Assembly (NCBI GenBank): GCA_036488875.1
Contig: DASXGW010000013.1
Location: forward strand, 105,281 to 169,280
Length of the DNA: 64,000 bases
Source of the DNA: Vulcanimicrobiaceae bacterium
GTDB lineage: Bacteria > Vulcanimicrobiota > Vulcanimicrobiia > Vulcanimicrobiales > Vulcanimicrobiaceae
Reading direction: 5' to 3'
Positions within the stretch are counted from its first letter, which is position 1, and every line of letters begins with the position of its first letter. Position numbers and translations under genes: made by a program. This document shows positions 9,620 to 18,567 of the stretch, one piece after another. The notes beneath the pieces were generated by a model. The model saw only the letters and a program-made list of their open reading frames with translations, ran no database searches and had not been told where the DNA came from.

Positions 9620-9979
9620 TTAGTGAGAGATGACGGCGCCCGAGATGCAGTTGGATCGCTTTCCTTCCAGCACGTAAGCCATGTGATGGTCGTTGAGGTG
9701 ATTGTGCACCGCTTTGAACCAGTTCTTGCTGTGCTCGGTATCCGTAAAGCGGTCGGTGTCGATCAACGCCAAGCCGTAGCCAAAGCCCGACCCGGGGTCG
9801 ATATCGGCGTGAAGCGCCAAATGCTGGCCGTTCCAACCGTGCTTGCGCAACGTGCGCTGCAAGTGCTCCATGCCGATCAGCTTGATGCCGGCTTCTTTGA
9901 GAAACTGGCTGCACCAGCTCGTCCAAACGCCGTACGCGTCGAGCGTGCGAGCGACTCGTTCGTAAGCCCGTTCGTCCAC
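9620..9979 (-). CDS. Hypothetical protein (119 aa, His-rich C-terminal half)
   Basis: The ORF-track start at 10048 overlaps the E2 gene. In-frame GTG 9979 lies 1 nt after the E2 stop (TAA 9983..9981). No motif recognised (HNHLNDHH noted). Confidence 0.55.
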   Translation of the reverse strand: MDERAYERVARTLDAYGVWTSWCSQFLKEAGIKLIGMEHLQRTLRKHGWNGQHLALHADIDPGSGFGYGLALIDTDRFTDTEHSKNWFKAVHNHLNDHHMAYVLEGKRSNCISGAVISH

Positions 9980-9980
9980 G

Positions 9981-11276
9981 TTAGAGCGTGCCTTCCGGCC
10001 CCATCTTTTCGAGCCGTTTCTTGAGGTCGGCGAGGAAGCCGCTGGCAACGTACCCGTCGACGACGCGGTGATCGAGCGACAAGCACGAGTTCATCATGCT
10101 GCGGATCGCGATCGAGTCGTCTTCGCGAACGACCGGTTTTTTGACGACCGTTTCCATCGTAACGATGCCGGCTTGACCGCCGTTGATGATCGGCGCCGAC
10201 GCCCACGATCCGTTCGCGCCGTTGTTGTTCACGGTAAACGTACCGCCTGCGAGATCGTCCACGCCAAGTTTGTTGCGGCGCGCTTTGTCGATCAACTCGC
10301 CGGCGGCAATCGCCAGGCCTTTGATCGAAAGCTGATCGGCGTTCTTGATGACCGGAACGACCAGATTCGTCGCCAGACCGATGGCGATGCCGACGTTGAC
10401 GTCCTTGTTGACGTAGATGCCGTCGGCGGTGAACTTGCCGTTCATCAGCGGGAAGGCCGCCAACGACTCGACGACAGCGCGAATGAAGAACGGCAGGAGG
10501 GTTAGCTTGTAACCCGTTTCGCGCTCGAAGCGGTCCTTTTCGCGCGAGCGCCACTTCCACACGTTGGTGACGTCGATTTCGACCATCGACCACGCATGCG
10601 GTGCGGTGTGCTTGCTCTCGACCATGCGCTCGGCGATGATGCGGCGCGCCTGCGTGAGCGGTATCGTCGTTCCCGGAATCGGCTCGCCGTAGGTCGAGGT
10701 ACCCGCCGGCGGCGGCGCTTTCGGTGCCGACGGCGTCGACGGTGGCGCGGACGTTATCGCCTGACCGACTGCAGCCGACGGACCCATGCTCGCAGCCGCC
10801 AGCACGTCGTCGGCGGTCACGCGGCCGTTGGTTCCGGTTCCCTTGATCGTGCGAACGTCGAGATGATGTTCGCGAGCCAAACGGCGAACCGCCGGCGATG
10901 CGCCGCGCAGCGCGCTCTCAACATCGGCGCTGACGGCGCTCGTCTTGCCCGCGCCATTGGAGGACGGTGGTGCTGCCGGTGCCGGGGCCGATGCGTGCGC
11001 GGGCGCGGCCGGTGCCGCAGCCGATTGCGCGGCTGCGCCGACTTCGTCGATCACCGCGATCGGCGTTCCCGTTGCAACGGTTTCGCCTTCCTTCACGAGG
11101 ACTTCGCGGATCGTCCCCGTGACGGGCGACGGAACTTCCGCGTTGACCTTGTCGGTGGAAACTTCGACGAACGCTTCGTACTTGTCGACGCTGTCGCCGA
11201 CTTTCTTGAGCCACTGAGCGACGGTTCCTTCGGTCACCGTCTCACCCAACTGCGGCATCGTAATGGTTGTTGCCAT
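9981..11276 (-). CDS. 2-oxoacid dehydrogenase E2, dihydrolipoamide acyltransferase
   Basis: Lipoyl domain (TMPQLGETVTEGTV, VSTDKVNAEV), E3/E1-binding domain (SPAVRRLAREHHLDVRTIKGTGTNGRV) and catalytic block SLDHRVVDG. Start ATG 11276 (MATTITMPQLG) overlaps the E1-beta stop by 1 nt (TAATG). Confidence 0.9.
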   Translation of the reverse strand: MATTITMPQLGETVTEGTVAQWLKKVGDSVDKYEAFVEVSTDKVNAEVPSPVTGTIREVLVKEGETVATGTPIAVIDEVGAAAQSAAAPAAPAHASAPAPAAPPSSNGAGKTSAVSADVESALRGASPAVRRLAREHHLDVRTIKGTGTNGRVTADDVLAAASMGPSAAVGQAITSAPPSTPSAPKAPPPAGTSTYGEPIPGTTIPLTQARRIIAERMVESKHTAPHAWSMVEIDVTNVWKWRSREKDRFERETGYKLTLLPFFIRAVVESLAAFPLMNGKFTADGIYVNKDVNVGIAIGLATNLVVPVIKNADQLSIKGLAIAAGELIDKARRNKLGVDDLAGGTFTVNNNGANGSWASAPIINGGQAGIVTMETVVKKPVVREDDSIAIRSMMNSCLSLDHRVVDGYVASGFLADLKKRLEKMGPEGTL

Positions 11277-12289
11277 TAGAACTTCACCATCTCTCGCATC
11301 GCGTCGGCCATCTCGGCCGGCGACGACATGTACTCTTCCTCCAGCGGAAGCGCGTATCCCATGGCGGGAACGTCGGGCGCGCACAAACGGCGAATCGGCG
11401 CGTCGAGATGAAACAGAGCGTTCTCGGCGACCATCGCGCTGATCTCCGCACCGATACCGCCGAACTTGTTGTCTTCGTGAATGACGAGCAGCTTGCGCGT
11501 CTTCTCCACCGAGCGCAAGATCGCACCTTTATCCATGGGGCGGATCGAGCGCAGGTCGATCACTTCGACCGACAGGCCCTCCTCTAACTGGAGCTTCTGT
11601 GCGGCTTCGAGTGCCCAGTGCACGTAGAGGCCGTACGAGACGACGGTGAGCTGGGTGCCTTCTTTGAGCACGTTGGCTTTGCCGAACGGAATCGTGTAGT
11701 GACCGTCGGGCACCTCGCCTTTGATGAGGCGATAGGTTTTCTTGTGCTCGAGGAAGAGCACGGGATCGTTGTCGTCGATTGCGGTATTGAGCAAACCTTT
11801 GACGTCGGCGGGAAACGCCGGCGCCACGATTTTGAGCCCCGGCACGTGGTAGAAGAGCGCTTCGATCGAGACCGAGTGCGAAAGCGCGCCGCGAACCCCG
11901 CCGCCGTACGGCGTGCGAATGACGAGCGGACACGTATACTCGCCGTTGGAACGGTAGCGCGTCTTGGCCGCTTCGCCGACGATCTGGTTGAACGCAGGAT
12001 AGATGAAGTCGGCGAACTGGATCTCGGCGATCGGCCGCAATCCCTCCATCGCCATGCCGACGGCGATGCCGACGATCGAGGCTTCGGCGATCGGCGTGTC
12101 GATGATGCGCTGCGGACCGAACTCGTTGATGAAGTCCTTCGTAATCAGAAAAACGTTGCCGCGCGCGCCGACGTCTTCACCCAGAATCACCGTCCGGTCG
12201 TCATTTTTCAACGCTTCGTAGAGCGTCGCGCGGACCGCCTCGACGTTGTTCATTACCGTCGAGGTCGCGCTGCTGCTGCTCACTGCCAC
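11276..12289 (-). CDS. 2-oxoacid dehydrogenase E1 component, beta subunit
   Basis: 337 aa. IIDTPIAEASIVGIAVGMAMEGLRPIAEIQFADF is the typical E1-beta block. Alternative start ATG 12253. Confidence 0.9.
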   Translation of the reverse strand: MAVSSSSATSTVMNNVEAVRATLYEALKNDDRTVILGEDVGARGNVFLITKDFINEFGPQRIIDTPIAEASIVGIAVGMAMEGLRPIAEIQFADFIYPAFNQIVGEAAKTRYRSNGEYTCPLVIRTPYGGGVRGALSHSVSIEALFYHVPGLKIVAPAFPADVKGLLNTAIDDNDPVLFLEHKKTYRLIKGEVPDGHYTIPFGKANVLKEGTQLTVVSYGLYVHWALEAAQKLQLEEGLSVEVIDLRSIRPMDKGAILRSVEKTRKLLVIHEDNKFGGIGAEISAMVAENALFHLDAPIRRLCAPDVPAMGYALPLEEEYMSSPAEMADAMREMVKF

Positions 12290-13305
12290 GGTTCCCAGGC
12301 TCCTTCGTAAATGTGGGTGTAAAGATCGGACGCCTGCGGATACGGCTGCGCCTCCGCGGCGTCGGTCGCTTCATTCGTTTCGCGCAGAACGTCTTTGCGC
12401 ATCGTCTCGACGTCCTTTTCGTTCATGACGCCGTACTCGACGAGCAGCGCTTCGAAGCGCGGCACCGGATCGTTCTTGCGGCGCTCCTGCACGACTTCTT
12501 TGGTTCGGTACGTCATGTCGTTATCGTCGGTCGAGTGCGCGAGGTAACGGTAACAGGTGCCTTCGACGAGCGAGGGGCCCTCGCCGGCGCGCGCGCGATC
12601 CATGGCTTCCTTGACCGCGCCGTACGTTTCGATCGGATCGAAACCGTTGAAACGCGCACCCGGCATACCGTATCCCTTGGCGCGCTTCCAAATCTCCGGC
12701 TGCGCCATCTGCTTTTCGAGCGGCGTCGAGATCGCCCACTCGTTGTTTTCGACGAGCATCACCAGCGGCAGCTTGTGAATCGCGGCGAAGTTCATCGATT
12801 CGTGCCACTCGCCTTCGCTGGTAGTTCCGTCGCCGCACGTGACCAGCACCGCCCGGCCTTTTTCGCCGCGATACTTCATCGCGTACGCGGCGCCGACCGC
12901 GTGCGGAATGTGCGCCGCCAAGATCGACGAGAACGACATTAATCCCGCGGCCTTGGACGAGTAGTGATTGGGGAACTGGCGGCCCCCGTTATGATCGGCC
13001 GCGCGGGCGAAGATCGACAGTAAAATTTCATAGGGCGAGAGGCCGATGCCCAAGCACAGCCCGAGATCGCGATAGTAGGGCGCCAAAATGTCTTTGCCGC
13101 GGTTGAACGCCATCGCGGCACCGGCCTGAAGCGCTTCGTGACCCTCGCTGCCCAGCGCGAACGGGACTTTGCCTTGCCGGTTGAGCTGAAAGCCGCGATT
13201 GTCGAGCTGGCGCTGCAGCAGCATGTTGCGCAGCAGCGCGCGCAGCTGCTCGTCGCTCAGCCCGTGACGTTCGAGCCGTCCCGTTTTTACGTCAGTCTTA
13301 GCCAT
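12280..13305 (-). CDS. 2-oxoacid dehydrogenase E1 component, alpha subunit (copy 1)
   Basis: 341 aa with TPP-binding block GDGTTSEGEWHESMNFAAIHKLPLVMLVENNEWAIST. Confidence 0.9.
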   Translation of the reverse strand: MAKTDVKTGRLERHGLSDEQLRALLRNMLLQRQLDNRGFQLNRQGKVPFALGSEGHEALQAGAAMAFNRGKDILAPYYRDLGLCLGIGLSPYEILLSIFARAADHNGGRQFPNHYSSKAAGLMSFSSILAAHIPHAVGAAYAMKYRGEKGRAVLVTCGDGTTSEGEWHESMNFAAIHKLPLVMLVENNEWAISTPLEKQMAQPEIWKRAKGYGMPGARFNGFDPIETYGAVKEAMDRARAGEGPSLVEGTCYRYLAHSTDDNDMTYRTKEVVQERRKNDPVPRFEALLVEYGVMNEKDVETMRKDVLRETNEATDAAEAQPYPQASDLYTHIYEGAWEPWQ

Positions 13306-14326
13306 GTGTGTCTTTCCACGGTTCCCAACCGTCGGCGTAAACGTCTGCGTAGAGATCGTCGGGGTTCGGATACGGCATCGTTTCGGCGCGATCCGTAGCT
13401 TCGTTGGTTTCCTCGAGGACCGAACGCTTCAGCGCCTCAACTTCCGCGTCGGTCATAATGCCGTGCTCGAGCAGCGTTCGCTCGAAGCACGGAACCGGAT
13501 CGCCCTTGCGGCGCTCGGCCACTTCTTCGCGCGAGCGGTACGCGCGATCGTCGTCGTCGGTCGTATGCGCGAGAAACCGATAGCACTTTCCCTCGACGAG
13601 CGTCGGACCACCGCCGGATCGGGCGCGGTCTAGCGCGTTTTTGACGGCCGCATAGCACGCAATCGGATCCATCCCGTCGACCACGACGCCGGGCATCCCG
13701 TAGCCCTCGGCGCGTTTATAGATGTCCGGCTGTGCCATCTGCTTGGAAAGGGGCGTCGAGATCGCCCACTCGTTGTTTTCGATCAGAAAAACGACCGGCA
13801 GCCGATGGACCGCGGCGAAGTTCATCGCTTCGTGCCACTCGCCTTCGCTGGTCGCTCCGTCGCCGCACGTGGTCAGCACGGCACGTTTCTCGCCGCGGTA
13901 CTTGATCGCGTAGGCGGCGCCGACCGCGTGCGGGAGCTGCGCGGCGATCACGGAGCTGATCGAGTATAAGCCCAGTTTGCGGCTAGCGTAGTGGTGCGGA
14001 AACTGGCGCCCCGCCGAGTGATCCGCCGCGCGCCCGAACAGCGAAAGCAGCACTTCGTAGGGCGTCAGGCCGATCCCGACGTTGAGTCCCAGATCGCGGT
14101 AGTAGGGAACGAGCACGTCGGTCCCGCGCTCGAAAGCGAGCGCCGCGCCGGCCTGAACGGCCTCGTGGCCTTCCCCGGCGGATGCAAAGGGAATCTTCCC
14201 TTGGCGGTTGAGCTGGAAGCCCCGGCTCTCGAGCGTCCGGTGCATGAGCATGACGCGAAACAGCGCGACGAGTTGCTCGTCGGTCAGGCCATGCCGCTCG
14301 AAGGACGTGTCGACTTTCGGTGCCAC
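13298..14326 (-). CDS. 2-oxoacid dehydrogenase E1 component, alpha subunit (copy 2, tandem paralog)
   Basis: Collinear with copy 1 over its full length (GDGATSEGEWHEAMNFAAVHRLPVVFLIENNEWAIST). The first 106 codons of the ORF-track model (start 14644) are Arg/Pro-rich. GTG 14326 (VAPKVDTSFERHGL) aligns with the copy 1 N-terminus and gives 342 aa. Confidence 0.85.
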   Translation of the reverse strand: MAPKVDTSFERHGLTDEQLVALFRVMLMHRTLESRGFQLNRQGKIPFASAGEGHEAVQAGAALAFERGTDVLVPYYRDLGLNVGIGLTPYEVLLSLFGRAADHSAGRQFPHHYASRKLGLYSISSVIAAQLPHAVGAAYAIKYRGEKRAVLTTCGDGATSEGEWHEAMNFAAVHRLPVVFLIENNEWAISTPLSKQMAQPDIYKRAEGYGMPGVVVDGMDPIACYAAVKNALDRARSGGGPTLVEGKCYRFLAHTTDDDDRAYRSREEVAERRKGDPVPCFERTLLEHGIMTDAEVEALKRSVLEETNEATDRAETMPYPNPDDLYADVYADGWEPWKDTHG

Positions 14327-14442
14327 GGACTGCGGTACTCGCCCGGACCCGGCGATAAATCCTCTACCTTTGACCCACGGCGTCAGCGAGTGCGACCAAC
14401 GGCTCAAGGGGGTAAGCGGGCGGCCGCCCAAAAAACGCGCGG

Positions 14443-15246
14443 ATGCTTCGTACGTTAGCGGCCTTTGCAGGCCTTTCGTTCTTCCTTTGTCTCGGACTGG
14501 CGGCCCCGGCGCCGGCGAACGCGGGCGACGGCTGGGATAATCCGTTCTGCTCGGGGTTGGTCGCGGTCGTGCCCTGGGACGCGCGCGGCGGCACGCCGTC
14601 GACGAGCCTCTCGAGCGATCGGTACGTTCTCGAGGTGTTCGCAAACGGGAAAACCGATGTCGCCGGCGTGGTAACGCTCATCACGTCCGACTCGGCGTAC
14701 TCTGTCCCCATCGCACGCACCGATCTCTTACGTTCAGCCGGGAGCGACAATTTCTACGCCGAGCCCATTTTCGTTGCGTTCGACAAACCCGTCGACGTGC
14801 ATTACGCGTACGTGGATCAAATCGGCGTCGACGGTGCGGCTCCGGCAGTGTGTCCGACGGTCGTGCAGCCGGTGCGCGCGTCCACCCGGGATGCGAGCAA
14901 CGAGTCCCACGTGAGCATTGGAGCCGACGTCAAGCCCGTGAACGCGACGTTTCTTCAGGCGCTGCCAGCCCTTACGTGTGGGCGCGCCTACATTCCGGCG
15001 GAGCTCCCGCGCGGGGCCGGCGCCGTCGTCGGCGCGTACGGAAACGTGCGTAAGTCGACGGTCATTCGAATCTTCATCGATTCAAACGGCGTTCCGGCAT
15101 CCGCGAGCATCGAGCGGCCTTCGGGCATCGAAGGCCTCGACGAGAACGTGCTTGGAGTCGTGGAACACACGCGTTATTCGCCCGCAAGGTTTCTTTGCAC
15201 GCCGGTCGTCAGCGAGATGTCGATCGAAATGGAGTATAATCCTTAG
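14443..15246 (+). CDS. Secreted protein with C-terminal TonB-C-like domain
   Basis: Signal peptide MLRTLAAFAGLSFFLCLGLAAPAPANA. The C-terminal ~80 aa (VIRIFIDSNGVPASASIERPSGIEGLDENVLGVVEHTRYSPA) resembles the TonB C-terminal fold pattern. Confidence 0.65.
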   Translation: MLRTLAAFAGLSFFLCLGLAAPAPANAGDGWDNPFCSGLVAVVPWDARGGTPSTSLSSDRYVLEVFANGKTDVAGVVTLITSDSAYSVPIARTDLLRSAGSDNFYAEPIFVAFDKPVDVHYAYVDQIGVDGAAPAVCPTVVQPVRASTRDASNESHVSIGADVKPVNATFLQALPALTCGRAYIPAELPRGAGAVVGAYGNVRKSTVIRIFIDSNGVPASASIERPSGIEGLDENVLGVVEHTRYSPARFLCTPVVSEMSIEMEYNP

Positions 15247-15249
15247 CAA

Positions 15250-16166
15250 ATGTATCGCGCCGCGATCGCCACGCTGGCAGCACTCATCTGTTGCGCGTCG
15301 ACGCCGCCGGGTGATGGTTATTCACCGACGTCACTCTTCGATCTCGGATCGCGCGCCGCGGTTGGGATTCCGGCGGTCTTTACCAAGGCGGGTATCGTCG
15401 TTCGCGTCGGGATTGCGGGGCGCAATCTCGACTTCATTCTGGATTCCGGTTCTGCGTACAGCCTTCTCGATTCGCAGGTGGCGCGCGGCCTGGGCATGCC
15501 TTCGTTAGGACGGGCTACCGCGAGCTTCGGCGGAGACTACACGGTGGAAAATAGCCGTGCGCCCGATATAACCGTCGGCGATCTTCGCGCGACCAACGTC
15601 GCGATTTCCACTGCGGCCCTTCATCGGCAACCTGCAGGAAGGCGAGTCGACGGACTGCTTGGGGCGGATTTTCTCTGGAGCGGCGCCCTTGAAGTCGACT
15701 TCGAAACGCACCGCCTCATCCTTCACGGTGCCGTTCCAAGCGGGCTGCACGTCGCCGGCTGGTCCTCGATACCGCTGCGGTTCGAGTGGGGAGTCCCTTT
15801 AATCGAGGCCGCGTTTAACGGGCGAGACGGACAGTTCCTCGTCGACTTGGGCTCGACGAAACGATGCTCTATCCGCAGTACTTCTCCCAGATTCATGTCG
15901 TCGCGCCGCCTGGCAGCTACAACGGAGATACGCTGTTCACGCTTGCCGGCAAGCCCGTTCCGATCAAACACTTCATCGTGAAGCGGTTGGCTTTGGGGGA
16001 CTGGATCTTCGGTGACGCTGAGGTCGTCGTGCCGTTCGGGCCGTTCGCTCAAGGCCGCAACTACGATGGCTTGATCGGGAGGAACGCGCTCTCACATTTC
16101 AATTTGATGTTCGATTATCAAAACCGTCTGCTGTGGTTCAAGCCGATCGATGCGGGGTCCAAATGA
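15250..16166 (+). pseudogene. Two-domain retropepsin-like aspartic protease, interrupted by a 1-nt frameshift near 15859-15863
   Basis: ORF 15250..15981 carries domain 1 (FILDSGSAYSLL ... DGLLGADFL) and the start of domain 2 (FLVDLGSTK), then turns into Ser/Arg-rich junk. ORF 15864..16166, shifted by -1 in coordinates, continues domain 2 (MLYPQYF ... YDGLIGRNALSHFNLMFDY). The two parts parallel each other as an internal duplication. Confidence 0.7.
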
Positions 16167-16199
16167 AGACGCTGCTCGTCGCGTTCCTGCTGTTCGGCG

Positions 16200-18452
16200 T
16201 CAAACGCCCGTTGGGAATACCGGGCACGGGTTGGGCACCGGGAACGGAACGGGCGTCGCCGAGGGGATGACGGCCGCAGCGGTCGGCACCGCGTTTATGC
16301 GAATGTCGAGCGCGTTTCCGGTAACGTAAGCAAACGCCGATGCTTGGCCACCCGGCTCGTCGTACGACAGCGCGTACGACTGATTGTGGTCGTAATAGTA
16401 GTGCAGGATGTATGCGTACTCGTTGGACAGCGGATCGTTATAGTAGTTGCTGAAAGCCGCAGGGCTGGCGAAGTTTGCCGCCCACCCTCCGGCCGGATGC
16501 GACGAAGTGGAGAGCGCCGCGCCGCGATTGAGCTCGAGTGCCAAGCCCTTCCACACCGCAAACGCGTCGGCGCTGGCGAAAACGTTGGGGTGTTTACTGG
16601 GATGCTTGCTCGATCCGGTGCTTATCCAGTTGGTGTTCGGCGGAAGGCCAAACAGGAAACCGGCGTCGCAGCCTTTCCCGTCTTTGGACTGCGGCGGCGT
16701 GCCGTACTTAAAGAGCGCGACGGGCATCGGGGACGTGCTAGGCGAGGTGTAGGTGATTCCGGCACACGACGTTGCCGTCTTCACGTTGGTGAATCCGAAG
16801 TTGGCCGAGCCGTCGGAGCTGACGCAGTAGTTGCTTCCGCTCACTTTGGTTACACCCGATCCAGCGGTCGCGTAGAGGCGCGAGGTCGTCGCATACGACG
16901 CCAGCACGCAACTAAGATAGCCGTTGGCAAGGGGCGTCGGAACGCCCGAGCACAGGGACGGGTACGCGCCCAGATAGGCTGGATTGTAGAACCAATCGGA
17001 TCCGAAGTTCCAGACGCCTTGCGTCTTTGCCGGATTGATGATGCGCAGATCGATGATCTTGCCGTTGAACTTGCCGGTCGCAACGAGATGCTGATATTGC
17101 GGCGTGGACGACATGGCCGTGTAGATGTTGGCATAGTTGCACGACGTGACGCCGATGACTCCGGCGCCGCTCGTCGCGCAAGGTGCCGGAATTGAGCGCG
17201 CGCGGAAGCCGGCCGGCCGCGCGCTGTCGTTCCCGGCGTCGGCAAGAACCGACTTGCCGGGCTTAGCCTGCGACAGCTCCATCGGCAATCCGAGGTCCGT
17301 CACCGCGGTGAGATCCACGATCGCGCCCGACGTCGTACCAAACTCGACGACGTCCCACGGCACGTTCCAGTCCGCGTTACCGTAGGCTAGAGCGGGGCCA
17401 CCCGCCGGCATTCCAGCAAGCGGATTCGGGACGACGGTCGTGCTGCTCGAGACCGCGTACGAAATGTAGATCCGCCCCGCCGCGACGTTCGGCGGCAGCG
17501 CAAACTGCAATCCGTTCCGCCTGCCGGCGCTCTTCGGGAAACACGCCAGCGGAATCGGGTTGGCGGCGGTCGCTCCGAAAGCGCCCGCGTTCGTCATCCA
17601 CGTCGTGCCGTTACGGACGTACATGATGACCGACGCGCCGAGGCCGGAGGCGTCCGTCACGTTGATCGGAACGGTGTTGGTCGCCGGCACGGAATAGTTG
17701 GCGCAGTACCCCGGTGTCGGTCCGGTGGTCGGCTTCGTGGTCGGCTTGGTCGTCGGTGACGGCGATGGGCTCGGCGTCGGCGCGGCCGCGCACGTGAAGG
17801 CGTAATACGTGCCGCCGTGAGGGATCGTCGCGTAATGACGTTTCGAAATCGAGAAGGTCAGGAGTTTCCCGGAGAGCGTTCCGGTGACCGGTAACGTTTT
17901 CCACGTGTTCGTGCCGCCGCTTCTCTGCAGCACGTCGATGGTGCACGGCTTTCCAAGAGCCGTGCCGCTGTTGTTGGTGAGATCGAAGACCACTTGCGTG
18001 TGTTTGCCGAATTTGATCGGCACGCCGCCGTTGGCCGTCTTGAAGTAGAGAAACGCATCTTTGTCGGTGGGAAACGGCCCGAGGCGATGCCGGCCCTTCT
18101 TGGCGGCGATATTGGTCCGGTTTGCAACCGCCACGATGATTTTGTGGGCCGGAGCGGCGTTGTTCTTGGGGTACTTCACCGCCACCGTGAAGCCGGCGTA
18201 CGCCGGCATCGCGATGGATTTTCCGCCGCCGAGTTTGCCGACGAACTTGCAGACGCCGCGGAACACCCAGCCCGGCTGGGCCTTGTCGGTCGCGCAGGTT
18301 TGCAGATCGGGCGAGGCGATGGCAGTGTCGCCGGCCGCCAGCGTCGACGTCTGAGGAATAAACGGCAGGGGTGCTCCGCTTCGAGCGCCGCACGCGCACA
18401 GAACCGCGGAAAAAGCGAATAGAACGATCCAATAACGCGCCGTCGTCGACAT
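16200..18452 (-). CDS. Lipoprotein with C-terminal GH64-like (beta-1,3-glucanase / thaumatin-like) region and unknown N-terminal domain
   Basis: Start reset to ATG 18452 (GGAGG 5 nt upstream), giving MSTTARYWIVLFAFSAVLCACG (lipobox). A Pro/Thr linker follows (PTPSPSPSPTTKPTTKPTTGPTPG). After it, GRIYISYA ... WDVVEFGTTSGAIVDLTAVTDLGLPMEL ... YALSYDEPGGQASAF resemble GH64 blocks (recalled from memory). Confidence 0.65.
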   Translation of the reverse strand: MSTTARYWIVLFAFSAVLCACGARSGAPLPFIPQTSTLAAGDTAIASPDLQTCATDKAQPGWVFRGVCKFVGKLGGGKSIAMPAYAGFTVAVKYPKNNAAPAHKIIVAVANRTNIAAKKGRHRLGPFPTDKDAFLYFKTANGGVPIKFGKHTQVVFDLTNNSGTALGKPCTIDVLQRSGGTNTWKTLPVTGTLSGKLLTFSISKRHYATIPHGGTYYAFTCAAAPTPSPSPSPTTKPTTKPTTGPTPGYCANYSVPATNTVPINVTDASGLGASVIMYVRNGTTWMTNAGAFGATAANPIPLACFPKSAGRRNGLQFALPPNVAAGRIYISYAVSSSTTVVPNPLAGMPAGGPALAYGNADWNVPWDVVEFGTTSGAIVDLTAVTDLGLPMELSQAKPGKSVLADAGNDSARPAGFRARSIPAPCATSGAGVIGVTSCNYANIYTAMSSTPQYQHLVATGKFNGKIIDLRIINPAKTQGVWNFGSDWFYNPAYLGAYPSLCSGVPTPLANGYLSCVLASYATTSRLYATAGSGVTKVSGSNYCVSSDGSANFGFTNVKTATSCAGITYTSPSTSPMPVALFKYGTPPQSKDGKGCDAGFLFGLPPNTNWISTGSSKHPSKHPNVFASADAFAVWKGLALELNRGAALSTSSHPAGGWAANFASPAAFSNYYNDPLSNEYAYILHYYYDHNQSYALSYDEPGGQASAFAYVTGNALDIRINAVPTAAAVIPSATPVPFPVPNPCPVFPTGV

Positions 18453-18567
18453 GGGCACCTCCGGCCTGCTCGGGAAGCAGGCTACAGCACGCTTTTCAGC
18501 TACCCTAGTCATTGTCCCTCGATGCCGGGCGAGGGAAGCCTGGTAACGTTTTCGTAACAGGGCCTTT

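Noticed and set aside
13298-14644. Long N-terminal extensions in ORF-track models (also 7193..8320, 27986..29446, 27039..28163, 42469..44382, 53495..55444, 46160..48070, 22235..23410, 16200..18629)
   Set aside because: The extensions are Arg/Pro/Ser-rich and overlap the upstream gene. They precede an in-frame ATG, GTG or TTG that forms a 1-4 nt stop/start overlap and restores family-typical length and N-terminal alignment or a signal peptide.
15855-15866. Programmed -1 ribosomal frameshift in the aspartic protease gene (by analogy with retroviral gag-pro)
   Set aside because: There is no X-XXY-YYZ slippery heptamer, and I could find no downstream stem-loop or pseudoknot. The shift occurs at a short A-run inside a conserved domain, which fits a 1-nt deletion or sequencing error better.
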